NCBI GenBank assembly: GCA_964187785.1
Contig: OZ076409.1
Coordinates: 16,308,001-16,372,000, forward strand
Length of the DNA: 64,000 nt
Direction of reading: 5' to 3'
Origin: Amphiscolops sp. MND2022
Lineage: Eukaryota
Shown here: positions 48,402-60,687 of the stretch, piece after piece
Position numbering within the stretch: the first letter of the stretch is position 1
Layout: each line of letters starts with the position of its first letter
Translations under genes and position numbers: made by a program
The notes under the pieces: model-generated
What the model saw: only the letters and a program-made list of their open reading frames with translations
What the model was told of the DNA's origin: nothing
The model's database searches: none

Positions 48402-48536
48402 GCCTAATTGTTGTGATAAACTTATTAAATAGGTAAGTATTCCAACCCTATTGATAAGTTTTATTTGAAAGCAGACTGCGAAAGTGGTCTGCTGCCCAAT
48501 TTTTGAACAAGGAACAAGCTAGTCTGCACTAACTTA
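48402..48536 (+). ncRNA. SL RNA sequence downstream of C7
   Basis: Same SL sequence. Confidence 0.75.
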
Positions 48537-48627
48537 AAAGTTACGCGTATTTTGACCGAGAAAATTTTCGTATCATTGTACGTAATTTTGTTGTTAAGCA
48601 TATAAAGCTATTGATTCTACAATGATC

Positions 48628-48746
48628 GGCTACGACCATACCATGTTGAATGCACCGGTTCTCGTCCGATCACCGAAGTTAAACAACATAGGGCCTGGTT
48701 AGTACTTGGATGGGAGACCGCTTGGGAACACCAGGTGTTGTAGCCT
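48628..48746 (+). rRNA. 5S rRNA: 5S rRNA
   Basis: Same sequence. Confidence 0.98.
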
Positions 48747-49305
48747 TTTTTGTCAGAAATGTGGTTTAACTTCGGTGACAGTTTTGCAAAAGGGGTCAAA
48801 TTGAAAAGATAGCAAAAAACGGACAACACCATTAGAAAGAGCGTCCAAAAAAACCCCCATGCTGAAATTTTCGCCGCCATCACTTGAATTATCATTGAGT
48901 TATGTCATTTTTACTATTTTCACAAAATGTGGTTTAACTTCGGTGACAGTTTTGCAAAAGGGGTCAAAATGAACAGATAGCAAAAAACGGACAACGGCAC
49001 TGGAAAGAGGGCCCAAAATTACCCCTAAAACGTGTTTTTCACACTCCTGAGTCGACTTTTGATAATACATGGAATTTCATTTTTAAGCTTACTAATTTAT
49101 GCTTTTCAGCATACATTTTCGTAATAGAGTCAAAATTTTGCTTTCTCACAATTTCTCTGGAATATTTTTGTTTCATCAGATGTCAATAACTTGAAACGTC
49201 GTCTTTTCATGAGAATTTCTCCTCAAAACAAGTTGTTGGCTGGTAATGGTAAGTCCGTACCGCAGATAGGAGTCTCGCGCTCCAAAAATTGACTCTTTGC
49301 TTTTA

Positions 49306-49440
49306 GCCTAATTGTTGTGATAAACTTATTAAATAGGTAAGTATTCCAACCCTATTGATAAGTTTTATTTGAAAGCAGACTGCGAAAGTGGTCTGCTGCC
49401 CAATTTTTGAACAAGGAACAAGCTAGTCTGCACTAACTTA
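49306..49440 (+). ncRNA. SL RNA gene, uninterrupted
   Basis: As 3770-3904. Confidence 0.85.
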
Positions 49441-49531
49441 AAAGTTACGCGTATTTTGACCGAGAAAATTTTCGTATCATTGTACGTAATTTTGTTGTTA
49501 AGCATATAAAGCTATTGATTCTACAATGATC

Positions 49532-49650
49532 GGCTACGACCATACCATGTTGAATGCACCGGTTCTCGTCCGATCACCGAAGTTAAACAACATAGGGCCT
49601 GGTTAGTACTTGGATGGGAGACCGCTTGGGAACACCAGGTGTTGTAGCCT
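49532..49650 (+). rRNA. 5S rRNA: 5S rRNA
   Basis: Same sequence. Confidence 0.98.
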
Positions 49651-50209
49651 TTTTTGTCAGAAATGTGGTTTAACTTCGGTGACAGTTTTGCAAAAGGGGT
49701 CAAATTGAAAAGATAGCAAAAAACGGACAACACCATTAGAAAGAGCGTCCAAAAAAACCCCCATGCTGAAATTTTCGCCGCCATCACTTGAATTTTCATT
49801 GAGTTATGTCATTTTTACTATTTTCACAAAATGTGGTTTAACTTCGGTGACAGTTTTGCAAAAGGGATCAAAATGAACAGATAGCAAAAAACGGACAACG
49901 GCACTGGAAAGAGGGCCCAAAATTACCCCTAAAACGTGTTTTTCACACTCCTGAGTCGACTTTTGATAATACATGGAATTTCATTTTTAAGCTTACTAAT
50001 TTATGCTTTTCAGCATACATTTTCGTAATAGAGTCAAAATTTTGCTTTCTCACAATTTTTCTGGAATATTTTTGTTTCATCAGATGTCAATAACTTGAAA
50101 CGTCGTCTTTTCATGAGAATTTCTCCTCAAAACAAGTTGTTGGCTGGTAATGGTAAGTCCGTACCGCAGATAGGAGTCTCGCGCTCCAAAAATTGACTCT
50201 TTGCTTTTA

Positions 50210-50344
50210 GCCTAATTGTTGTGATAAACTTATTAAATAGGTAAGTATTCCAACCCTATTGATAAGTTTTATTTGAAAGCAGACTGCGAAAGTGGTCTGC
50301 TGCCCAATTTTTGAACAAGGAACAAGCTAGTGTGCACTAACTTA
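50210..50344 (+). ncRNA. SL RNA gene, uninterrupted
   Basis: As 3770-3904. Confidence 0.85.
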
Positions 50345-50435
50345 AAAGTTACGCGTATTTTGACCGAGAAAATTTTCGTATCATTGTACGTAATTTTGTT
50401 GTTAACCATATAAAGCTATTGATTCTACAATGATC

Positions 50436-50554
50436 GGCTACGACCATACCATGTTGAATGCACCGGTTCTCGTCCGATCACCGAAGTTAAACAACATAGG
50501 GCCTGGTTAGTACTTGGATGGGAGACCGCTTGGGAACACCAGGTGTTGTAGCCT
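50436..50554 (+). rRNA. 5S rRNA: 5S rRNA
   Basis: Same sequence. Confidence 0.98.
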
Positions 50555-51113
50555 TTTTTGTCAGAAATGTGGTTTAACTTCGGTGACAGTTTTGCAAAAG
50601 GGGTCAAATTGAAAAGATAGCAAAAAACGGACAACGCCATTAGAAAGAGCGTCCAAAAAAACCTCCATGCTGAAATTTTCGCCGCCATCACTTGAATTTT
50701 CATTGAGTTATGTCATTTTTACTATTTTCACAAAATGTGGTTTAACTTCGGTGACAGTTTTGCAAAAGGGGTCAAAATGAACAGATAGCAAAAAACGGAC
50801 AACGGCACTGGAAAGAAGGCCCAAAATTACCCCTAAAACGTGTTTTTCACACTCCTGAGTCGACTTTTGATAATACATGGAATTTCATTTTTAAGCTTAC
50901 TAATTTATGCTTTTCAGCATACATTTTCGTAATAGAGTCAAAATTTTGCTTTCTCACAATTTTTCTGGAATATTTTTGTTTCATCAGATGTCAATAACTT
51001 GAAACGTCGTCTTTTCATGAGAATTTCTCCTCAAAACAAGTTGTTGGCTGGTAATGGTAAGTCCGTACCGCAGATAGGAGTCTCGCGCTCCAAAAATTGA
51101 CTCTTTGCTTTTA

Positions 51114-51248
51114 GCCTAATTGTTGTGATAAACTTATTAAATAGGTAAGTATTCCAACCCTATTGATAAGTTTTATTTGAAAGCAGACTGCGAAAGTGGT
51201 CTGCTGCCCAATTTTTGAACAAGGAACAAGCTAGTCTGCACTAACTTA
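51114..51248 (+). ncRNA. SL RNA gene, uninterrupted
   Basis: As 3770-3904. Confidence 0.85.
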
Positions 51249-51339
51249 AAAGTTACGCGTATTTTGACCGAGAAAATTTTCGTATCATTGTACGTAATTT
51301 TGTTGTTAAGCATATAAAGCTATTGATTCTACAATGATC

Positions 51340-51458
51340 GGCTACGACCATACCATGTTGAATGCACCGGTTCTCGTCCGATCACCGAAGTTAAACAACA
51401 TAGGGCCTGGTTAGTACTTGGATGGGAGACCGCTTGGGAACACCAGGTGTTGTAGCCT
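51340..51458 (+). rRNA. 5S rRNA: 5S rRNA
   Basis: Same sequence. Confidence 0.98.
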
Positions 51459-52017
51459 TTTTTGTCAGAAATGTGGTTTAACTTCGGTGACAGTTTTGCA
51501 AAAGGGGTCAAACTGAAAAGATAGCAAAAAACGGACAACGCCATTAGAAAGAGCGTCCAAAAAAACCTCCATGCTGAAATTTTCGCCGCCATCACTTGAA
51601 TTTTCATTGAGTTATGTCATTTTTACTATTTTCACAAAATGTGGTTTAACTTCGGTGACAGTTTTGCAAAAGGGGTCAAAATGAACAGATAGCAAAAAAC
51701 GGACAACGGCACTGGAAAGAGGGCCCAAAATTACCCCTAAAACGTGTTTTTCACACTCCTGAGTCGACTTTTGATAATACATGGAATTTCATTTTTAAGC
51801 TTACTAATTTATGCTTTTCAGCATACATTTTCGTAATAGAGTCAAAATTTTGCTTTCTCACAATTTTTCTGGAATATTTTTGTTTCATCAGATGTCAATA
51901 ACTTGAAACGTCGTCTTTTCATGAGAATTTCTCCTCAAAACAAGTTGTTGGCTGGTAATGGTAAGTCCGTACCGCAGATAGGAGTCTCGCGCTCCAAAAA
52001 TTGACTCTTTGCTTTTA

Positions 52018-52282
52018 GCCTAATTGTTGTGATAAACTTATTAAATAGGTAAGTATTCCAACCTTGGAATATTTCTTGCCTGTTTGAGGTGTGAATCACA
52101 CTTACTTATCAATAGGGCCCAAAAGCCAGTAACCAAAAACCAGTAACCAATAACCAACCTGTACTTACTGTTTGAAAGGTAAGTATTCCAACCCTATTGA
52201 TAAGTTTTATTTGAAAGCAGACTGCGAAAGTGGTCTGCTGCCCAATTTTTGAACAAGGAACAAGCTAGTCTGCACTAACTTA
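52018..52282 (+). ncRNA. SL RNA gene carrying insertion F (duplicated donor site)
   Basis: SL sequence with 130 bp extra. Confidence 0.75.
52064..52176 (+). mobile_element. 113-bp non-coding insertion (F) at the SL splice donor with 17-bp TSD
   Basis: AGGTAAGTATTCCAACC at 52047-52063 and 52177-52193; this unit is 1034 = 904+130 bp. Confidence 0.75.
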
Positions 52283-52373
52283 AAAGTTACGCGTATTTTG
52301 ACCGAGAAAATTTTCGTATCATTGTACGTAATTTTGTTGTTAAGCATATAAAGCTATTGATTCTACAATGATC

Positions 52374-52492
52374 GGCTACGACCATACCATGTTGAATGCA
52401 CCGGTTCTCGTCCGATCACCGAAGTTAAACAACATAGGGCCTGGTTAGTACTTGGATGGGAGACCGCTTGGGAACACCAGGTGTTGTAGCCT
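52374..52492 (+). rRNA. 5S rRNA: 5S rRNA
   Basis: Same sequence. Confidence 0.98.
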
Positions 52493-53068
52493 TTTTTGTC
52501 AGAAATGTGGTTTAACTTCGGTGACAGTTTTGCAAAAGGGGTCAAATTGAAAAGATAGCAAAAAACGGACAACGCCATTAGAAAGAGCGTCCAAAAAAAC
52601 CCCCATGCTGAAATTTTCGCCGCCATCACTTGAATTTTCATTGAGTTATGTCATTTTTACTATTTTCACAAAATGTGGTTTAACTTCGGTGACAGTTTTG
52701 CAAAAGGGGTCAAAATGAACAGATAGCAAAAAACGGACAACGGCACTGGAAAGAGGGCCCAAAATTACCCCTAAAACGTGTTTTTCACACTCCTGAGTCG
52801 ACTTTTGATAATACATGGAATTTCATTTTTAAGCTTACTAATTTATGCTTTTCAGCATACATTTTCGTAATAGAGTCAAAATTTTGCTTTCTCACAATTT
52901 TTCTGGAATATTTTTGTTTCATCAGATGTCAATAACTTGAAACGTCGTCTTTTTATGAGAATTTCTCCTCAAAACAAGTTGTTGGCTGGTAATGGTAAGT
53001 CCGTACCGCAGATAGGAGTCTCGCGCTCCAAAAATTGACTCTTTGCTTTTAGCCTAATTGTTGTGATA

Positions 53069-55052
53069 CGGCGTTACTCTGTCAGCCTGCAAACTTTGTT
53101 TGCACAGCGCCATCTTGCAATTTTTGCAGCAAAAGTTGCAAAAGTAATGACTAATTTGAACACGAGTGAGCTTGATCAACATCATAATGAAAATGTTGAG
53201 CAAAATTGTTACAAAAATGCAGTTATTTCCTTGTCGAAATCGAACTCAAATATGGACAAATTACCAATTATTATCAACTTTGCCTTACCACTGACATCTG
53301 AAATGTTCAAAAACAGCAAATTACTGGACTCAATGTTTGTGGAAGCTGTTATGGCCGTCAAAAACCGACTTAACTCCAATGAAATTACCATCTTCAAAAC
53401 TACAATTTTACGCAACAAAGGCAATTTGAAGTGTATTACTGTGATCATTCCTTACAAACTTGAAAATGCAGCTTCCTCTCTTATTCACGAGGGCATTACT
53501 CTTCGCAATCGGAAAATACGGCCTTATTCTGTCAATTATTCCAACCCGAACAACAATGTCTATCCAAAAAGATTACCAATATCTTTCCGAAACCTACCAC
53601 ACTTTCTGACGGATGAGGATATTTTGAGTAGCTGTGGTCTTCAAAACTTCAAATTTAGTAGCAAAATTTTTCATCAACAACGACGACTTCCTGATAGCAG
53701 CCTTTTTTATACAGGAGAGGCAAGAATTACAGTTTTAATTGACAATGAGAATGAGGAAAGTTTACTACAAAACTGGGCCAATAATGCATATGACAAAATG
53801 TTTAGTTCCAGTGGCATTTTTTTCAAATGTTGCTGTATCCCACTCCTCGAATGCTCTTTATGCGTCAATGAGAACCTTCGCAGTGCTCATCAACAATCAA
53901 GATGCCCAAAACAACTATCAGACGAACAGCAAATACAGAAAAACAGTGAATCTCAGAACCAGAAGTTAACAACTGACTACGTTATGGAAACTGCAGAAAC
54001 AGAGCCAATGTCTAATGAACCTGAACTGTCAGATTCAGATGATGCTGAACCAATCTCAAAGGCACCAAAGCAGACCGATGATGGTACTAAAACCGAATGC
54101 AACAACAACGTGGCAGAAACTGAACAACCATGCATTAACAACTCAAAGAAAGATACCATTCCTATGCAAAAACCTAAACTAATGCATCGCTCAACTGAAT
54201 GGAAATCCTCACCAGACCTTGCCCGAAATCAAGCAGATGACCAACAGTCAACGGCAAAGCATGGATATCATGAATACCCATTCTTTTTGGAAAAGAAACA
54301 AAACAAAATACTGGCACCCGAAACTATTTTCAACGAAATACCTCCTATAAAAGAACATGTGATCAAAACCCAACAAACTTCTGGCTACATCAATACACTA
54401 GACAAGGAAAAGAAAATTCAAAGGACCTTTTCACTCGTACAACCACTGAAGAAAGAAAAACTCGAAGATCTTTTATCTGAATCAAACTGGAAACATTCTG
54501 ACTCTAACACTATTTTAACTTTTGAATTTTGAATTTTACTCATTGATCCGGAAGTTTGATCCATTCTATGATGCTACAAACCACCAAATTTACACTATTA
54601 ATCTGGAGAATAAAATTGTACAAGTTTTCACTGCAGTTGAAAACTTATACAATGAAAACAAAAACTAAACCGAAAAAATTCGGACCTTTTTGACTGGAAC
54701 TTTAAAGTTCTAAATCTCTACAATACCATCTTCAATCAACCCCATTCCCAATTCTTCTCGAGCACTAGTTGTTCGCAACCTGTATGCAAAAAACGGGTTT
54801 TGAGAACAAACTCCTTCCAGGAGCAAACATCTTTTTTTTTCATACATTCTCCAAACTACATTATACTAACTTCATACCAAAAAAAACATTCCCATTTTGG
54901 CGCTTTCTCAAAAATGCCATAACCAAACATCTTCATCTACATACTTCAGCTTTTTCAACACTTCAGTTACTCATATACTCATTTTTATACATATACCTTA
55001 GACTTCATTACTTTTTACTTGTAAATTCTCAGTTTTCAATAAATTCTTTAAA
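53069..55052 (+). mobile_element. Family C element, copy C8
   Basis: Same junctions and TSD as C1. Confidence 0.9.
53147..54668 (+). pseudogene. Family C ORF truncated at 54532 by a local TTTTGAA duplication/frameshift
   Basis: ACTTTTGAATTTTGAATT versus ACTTCTCATTTTGAATT. Confidence 0.8.
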
Positions 55053-55053
55053 A

Positions 55054-55188
55054 GCCTAATTGTTGTGATAAACTTATTAAATAGGTAAGTATTCCAACCC
55101 TATTGATAAGTTTTATTTGAAAGCAGACTGCGAAAGTGGTCTGCTGCCCAATTTTTGAACAAGGAACAAGCTAGTCTGCACTAACTTA
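55054..55188 (+). ncRNA. SL RNA sequence downstream of C8
   Basis: Same SL sequence. Confidence 0.75.
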
Positions 55189-55279
55189 AAAGTTACGCGT
55201 ATTTTGACCGAGAAAATTTTCGTATCATTGTACGTAATTTTGTTGTTAAGCATATAAAGCTATTGATTCTACAATGATC

Positions 55280-55398
55280 GGCTACGACCATACCATGTTG
55301 AATGCACCGGTTCTCGTCCGATCACCGAAGTTAAACAACATAGGGCCTGGTTAGTACTTGGATGGGAGACCGCTTGGGAACACCAGGTGTTGTAGCCT
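55280..55398 (+). rRNA. 5S rRNA: 5S rRNA
   Basis: Same sequence. Confidence 0.98.
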
Positions 55399-55957
55399 TT
55401 TTTGTCAGAAATGTGGTTTAACTTCGGTGACAGTTTTGCAAAAGGGGTCAAATTGAAAAGATAGCAAAAAACGGACAACACCATTAGAAAGAGCGTCCAA
55501 AAAAACCCCCATGCTGAAATTTTCGCCGCCATCACTTGAATTTTCATTGAGTTATGTCATTTTTACTATTTTCACAAAATGTGGTTTAACTTCGGTGACA
55601 GTTTTGCAAAAGGGGTCAAAATGAACAGATAGCAAAAAACGGACAACGGCACTGGAAAGAGGGCCCAAAATTACCCCTAAAACGTGTTTTTCACACTCCT
55701 GAGTCGACTTTTGATAATACATGGAATTTCATTTTTAAGCTTACTAATTTATGCTTTTCAGCATACATTTTCGTAATAGAGTCAAAATTTTGCTTTCTCA
55801 CAATTTTTCTGGAATATTTTTGTTTCATCAGATGTCAATAACTTGAAACGTCGTCTTTTCATGAGAATTTCTCCTCAAAACAAGTTGTTGGCTGGTAATG
55901 GTAAGTCCGTACCGCAGATAGGAGTCTCGCGCTCCAAAAATTGACTCTTTGCTTTTA

Positions 55958-56092
55958 GCCTAATTGTTGTGATAAACTTATTAAATAGGTAAGTATTCCA
56001 ACCCTATTGATAAGTTTTATTTGAAAGCAGACTGCGAAAGTGGTCTGCTGCCCAATTTTTGAACAAGGAACAAGCTAGTCTGCACTAACTTA
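55958..56092 (+). ncRNA. SL RNA gene, uninterrupted
   Basis: As 3770-3904. Confidence 0.85.
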
Positions 56093-56183
56093 AAAGTTAC
56101 GCGTATTTTGACCGAGAAAATTTTCGTATCATTGTACGTAATTTTGTTGTTAAGCATATAAAGCTATTGATTCTACAATGATC

Positions 56184-56302
56184 GGCTACGACCATACCAT
56201 GTTGAATGCACCGGTTCTCGTCCGATCACCGAAGTTAAACAACATAGGGCCTGGTTAGTACTTGGATGGGAGACCGCTTGGGAACACCAGGTGTTGTAGC
56301 CT
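56184..56302 (+). rRNA. 5S rRNA: 5S rRNA
   Basis: Same sequence. Confidence 0.98.
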
Positions 56303-56878
56303 TTTTTGTCAGAAATGTGGTTTAACTTCGGTGACAGTTTTGCAAAAGGGGTCAAATTGAAAAGATAGCAAAAAACGGACAACGCCATTAGAAAGAGCGT
56401 CCAAAAAAACCCCCATGCTGAAATTTTCGCCGCCATCACTTGAATTTTCATTGAGTTATGTCATTTTTACTATTTTCACAAAATGTGGTTTAACTTCGGT
56501 GACAGTTTTGCAAAAGGGGTCAAAATGAACAGATAGCAAAAAACGGACAACGGCACTGGAAAGAGGGCCCAAAATTACCCCTAAAACGTGTTTTTCACAC
56601 TCCTGAGTCGACTTTTGATAATACATGGAATTTCATTTTTAAGCTTACTAATTTATGCTTTTCAGCATACATTTTCGTAATACAGTCAAAATTTTGCTTT
56701 CTCACAATTTTTCTGGAATATTTTTGTTTCATCAGATGTCAATAACTTGAAACGTCGTCTTTTCATGAGAATTTCTCCTCAAAACAAGTTGTTGGCTGGT
56801 AATGGTAAGTCCGTACCGCAGATAGGAGTCTCGCGCTCCAAAAATTGACTCTTTGCTTTTAGCCTAATTGTTGTGATA

Positions 56879-58860
56879 CGGCGTTACTCTGTCAGCCTGC
56901 AAACTTTGTTTGCACAGCGCCATCTTGCAATTTTTGCAGCAAAAGTTGCAAAAGTAATGACTAATTTGAACACGAGTGAGCTTGATCAACATCATAATGA
57001 AAATGTTGAGCAAAATTGTTACAAAAATGCAGTTATTTCCTTGTCGAAATCGAACTCAAATATGGACAAATTACCAATTATTATCAACTTTGCCTTACCA
57101 CTGACATCTGAAATGTTCAAAAACAGCAAATTACTGGACTCAATGTTTGTGGAAGCTGTTATGGCCGTCAAAAACCGACTTAACTCCAATGAAATTACCA
57201 TCTTCAAAACTACAATTTTACGCAACAAAGGCAATTTGAAGTGTATTACTGTGATCATTCCTTACAAACTTGAAAATGCAGCTTCCTCTCTTATTCACGA
57301 GGGCATTACTCTTCGCAATCGGAAAATACGGCCTTATTCTGTCAATTATTCCAACCCGAACAACAATGTCTATCCAAAAAGATTACCAATATCTTTCCGA
57401 AACCTACCACACTTTCTGACGGATGAGGATATTTTGAGTAGCTGTGGTCTTCAAAACTTCAAATTTAGTAGCAAAATTTTTCATCAACAACGACGACTTC
57501 CTGATAGCAGCCTTTTTTATACAGGAGAGGCAAGAATTACAGTTTTAATTGACAATGAGAATGAGGAAAGTTTACTACAAAACTGGGCCAATAATGCATA
57601 TGACAAAATGTTTAGTTCCAGTGGCATTTTTTTCAAATGTTGCTGTATCCCACTCCTCGAATGCTCTTTATGCGTCAATGAGAACCTTCCCAGTGCTCAT
57701 CAACAATCAAGATGCCCAAAACAACTATCAGACGAACAGCAAATACAGAAAAACAGTGAATCTCAGAACCAGAAGTTAACAACTGACTACGTTATGGAAA
57801 CTGCAGAAACAGAGCCAATGTCTAATGAACCTGAACTGTCAGATTCAGATGATGCTGAACCAATCTCAAAGGCACCAAAGCAGACCGATGATGGTACTGA
57901 AACCGAATGCAACAACAACGTGGCAGAAACTGAACAACCATGCATTAACAACTCAAAGAAAGATACCATTCCTATGCAAAAACCTAAACTAATGCATCGC
58001 TCAACTGAATGGAAATCCTCAACAGACCTTGCCCGAAATCAAGCAGATGACCAACAGTCAACGGCAAAGCATGGATATCATGAATACCCATTCTTTTTGG
58101 AAAAGAAACAAAACAAAATACTGGCACCCGAAACTATTTTCAACGAAATACCTCCTATAAAAGAACATGTGATCAAAACCCAACAAACTTCTGGCTACAT
58201 CAATACACTAGACAAGGAAAAGAAAATTCAAAGGACCTTTTCACTCGTACAACCACTGAAGAAAGAAAAACTCGAAGATCTTTTATCTGAATCAAACTGG
58301 AAACATTCTGACTCTAACACTATTTTAACTTCTCATTTTGAATTTTACTCATTGATCCGGAAGTTTGATCCATTCTATGATGCTACAAACCACCAAATTT
58401 ACACTATTAATCTGGAGAATAAAATTGTACAAGTTTTCACTGCAGTTGAAAACTTATACAATGAAAACAAAAACTAAACTGAAAAATTTCGGACCTTTTT
58501 GACTGGAACTTTAAAGTTCTAAATCTCTACAATACCATCATCAATCAACCCAATTCCCAATTCTTTTCGAGCACTAGTTGTTCGCAACCTGTATGCAAAA
58601 AACGGGTTTTGAAAACAAACTCCTTCCAGGAGCAAACATCTTTTTTTCATACATTCTCCAAACTACATTATACTAACTTCATACCTAAAAAAAAACATTC
58701 CCATTTTGGCGCTTTCTCAAAAATGCCATAACCAAGCATCTTCATCTACATACTTCAGCTTTTTCAACACTTCAGTTACTCATATACTCATTTTATACCT
58801 ATACCTTAGACTTCATTACTTTTTACTTGTAAATTCTCAGTTTTCAATAAATTCTTTAAA
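56879..58860 (+). mobile_element. Family C element, copy C9
   Basis: Same junctions and TSD as C1. Confidence 0.9.
56957..58477 (+). CDS. Family C ORF1-like protein, intact
   Basis: Same protein as C1 from the first ATG. Confidence 0.85.
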   Translation: MTNLNTSELDQHHNENVEQNCYKNAVISLSKSNSNMDKLPIIINFALPLTSEMFKNSKLLDSMFVEAVMAVKNRLNSNEITIFKTTILRNKGNLKCITVIIPYKLENAASSLIHEGITLRNRKIRPYSVNYSNPNNNVYPKRLPISFRNLPHFLTDEDILSSCGLQNFKFSSKIFHQQRRLPDSSLFYTGEARITVLIDNENEESLLQNWANNAYDKMFSSSGIFFKCCCIPLLECSLCVNENLPSAHQQSRCPKQLSDEQQIQKNSESQNQKLTTDYVMETAETEPMSNEPELSDSDDAEPISKAPKQTDDGTETECNNNVAETEQPCINNSKKDTIPMQKPKLMHRSTEWKSSTDLARNQADDQQSTAKHGYHEYPFFLEKKQNKILAPETIFNEIPPIKEHVIKTQQTSGYINTLDKEKKIQRTFSLVQPLKKEKLEDLLSESNWKHSDSNTILTSHFEFYSLIRKFDPFYDATNHQIYTINLENKIVQVFTAVENLYNENKN

Positions 58861-58861
58861 A

Positions 58862-58996
58862 GCCTAATTGTTGTGATAAACTTATTAAATAGGTAAGTAT
58901 TCCAACCCTATTGATAAGTTTTATTTGAAAGCAGACTGCGAAAGTGGTCTGCTGCCCAATTTTTGAACAAGGAACAAGCTAGTCTGCACTAACTTA
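58862..58996 (+). ncRNA. SL RNA sequence downstream of C9
   Basis: Same SL sequence. Confidence 0.75.
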
Positions 58997-59087
58997 AAAG
59001 TTACGCGTATTTTGACCGAGAAAATTTTCGTATCATTGTACGTAATTTTGTTGTTAAGCATATAAAGCTATTGATTCTACAATGATC

Positions 59088-59206
59088 GGCTACGACCATA
59101 CCATGTTGAATGCACCGGTTCTCGTCCGATCACCGAAGTTAAACAACATAGGGCCTGGTTAGTACTTGGATGGGAGACCGCTTGGGAACACCAGGTGTTG
59201 TAGCCT
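59088..59206 (+). rRNA. 5S rRNA: 5S rRNA
   Basis: Same sequence. Confidence 0.98.
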
Positions 59207-59765
59207 TTTTTGTCAGAAATGTGGTTTAACTTCGGTGACAGTTTTGCAAAAGGGGTCAAATTGAAAAGATAGCAAAAAACGGACAACGCCATTAGAAAGA
59301 GCGTCCAAAAAAACCCCCATGCTGAAATTTTCGCCGCCATCACTTGAATTTTCATTGAGTTATGTCATTTTTACTATTTTCACAAAATGTGGTTTAACTT
59401 CGGTGACAGTTTTGCAAAAGGGGTCAAAATGAACAGATAGCAAAAAACGGACAACGGCACTGGAAAGAGGGCCCAAAATTACCCCTAAAACGTGTTTTTC
59501 ACACTCCTGAGTCGACTTTTGATAATACATGGAATTTCATTTTTAAGCTTACTAATTTATGCTTTTCAGCATACATTTTCGTAATAGAGTCAAAATTTTG
59601 CTTTCTCACAATTTTTCTGGATTATTTTTGTTTCATCAGATGTCAATAACTTGAAACGTCGTCTTTTCATGAGAATGTCTCCTCAAAACAAGTTGTTGGC
59701 TGGTAATGGTAAGTCCGTACCGCAGATAGGAGTCTCGCGCTCCAAAAATTGACTCTTTGCTTTTA

Positions 59766-59900
59766 GCCTAATTGTTGTGATAAACTTATTAAATAGGTAA
59801 GTATTCCAACCCTATTGATAAGTTTTATTTGAAAGCAGACTGCGAAAGTGGTCTGCTGCCCAATTTTTGAACAAGGAAAAAGCTAGTCTGCACTAACTTA
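59766..59900 (+). ncRNA. SL RNA gene, uninterrupted
   Basis: As 3770-3904. Confidence 0.85.
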
Positions 59901-59991
59901 AAAGTTACGCGTATTTTGACCGAGAAAATTTTCGTATCATTGTACGTAATTTTGTTGTTAAGCATATAAAGCTATTGATTCTACAATGATC

Positions 59992-60110
59992 GGCTACGAC
60001 CATACCATGTTGAATGCACCGGTTCTCGTCCGATCACCGAAGTTAAACAACATAGGGCCTGGTTAGTACTTGGATGGGAGACCGCTTGGGAACACCAGGT
60101 GTTGTAGCCT
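59992..60110 (+). rRNA. 5S rRNA: 5S rRNA
   Basis: Same sequence. Confidence 0.98.
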
Positions 60111-60687
60111 TTTTTGTCAGAAATGTGGTTTAACTTCGGTGACAGTTTTGCAAAAGGGGTCAAATTGAAAAGATAGCAAAAAACGGACAACGCCATTAGA
60201 AAGAGCGTCCAAAAAAACCCCCATGCTGAAATTTTCGCCGCCATCACTTGAATTTTCATTGAGTTATGTCATTTTTACTATTTTCACAAAATGTGGTTTA
60301 ACTTCGGTGACAGTTTTGCAAAAGGGGTCAAAATGAACAGATAGCAAAAAACGGACAACGGCACTGGAAAGAGGGCCCAAAATTACCCCTAAAACGTGTT
60401 TTTCACACTCCTGAGTCGACTTTTGATAATACATGGAACTTCATTTTTAAGCTTACTAATTTATGCTTTTCAGCATACATTTTCGTAATAGAGTCAAAAT
60501 TTTGCTTTCTCACAATTTTTCTGGAATATTTTTGTTTCATCAGATGTCAATAACTTGAAACGTCGTCTTTTCATGAGAATTTCTCCTCAAAACAAGTTGT
60601 TGGCTGGTAATGGTAAGTCCGTACCGCAGATAGGAGTCTCGCGCTCCAAAAATTGACTCTTTGCTTTTAGCCTAATTGTTGTGATAA

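Larger units (their letters stand above)
2865..60687 (+). repeat. Tandem SL RNA-5S rRNA gene array, 904-bp basic unit, heavily interrupted by site-specific retroelements
   Basis: Uninserted units recur exactly every 904 bp (3081->3985; 48617->49521->50425->51329; 55269->56173; 59077->59981); copies are near-identical. Confidence 0.97.

Noticed and set aside
48402..52020. CRISPR-like or prokaryotic repeat array
   Set aside because: Units are 904-bp near-identical eukaryotic gene repeats with no unique spacers or cas genes
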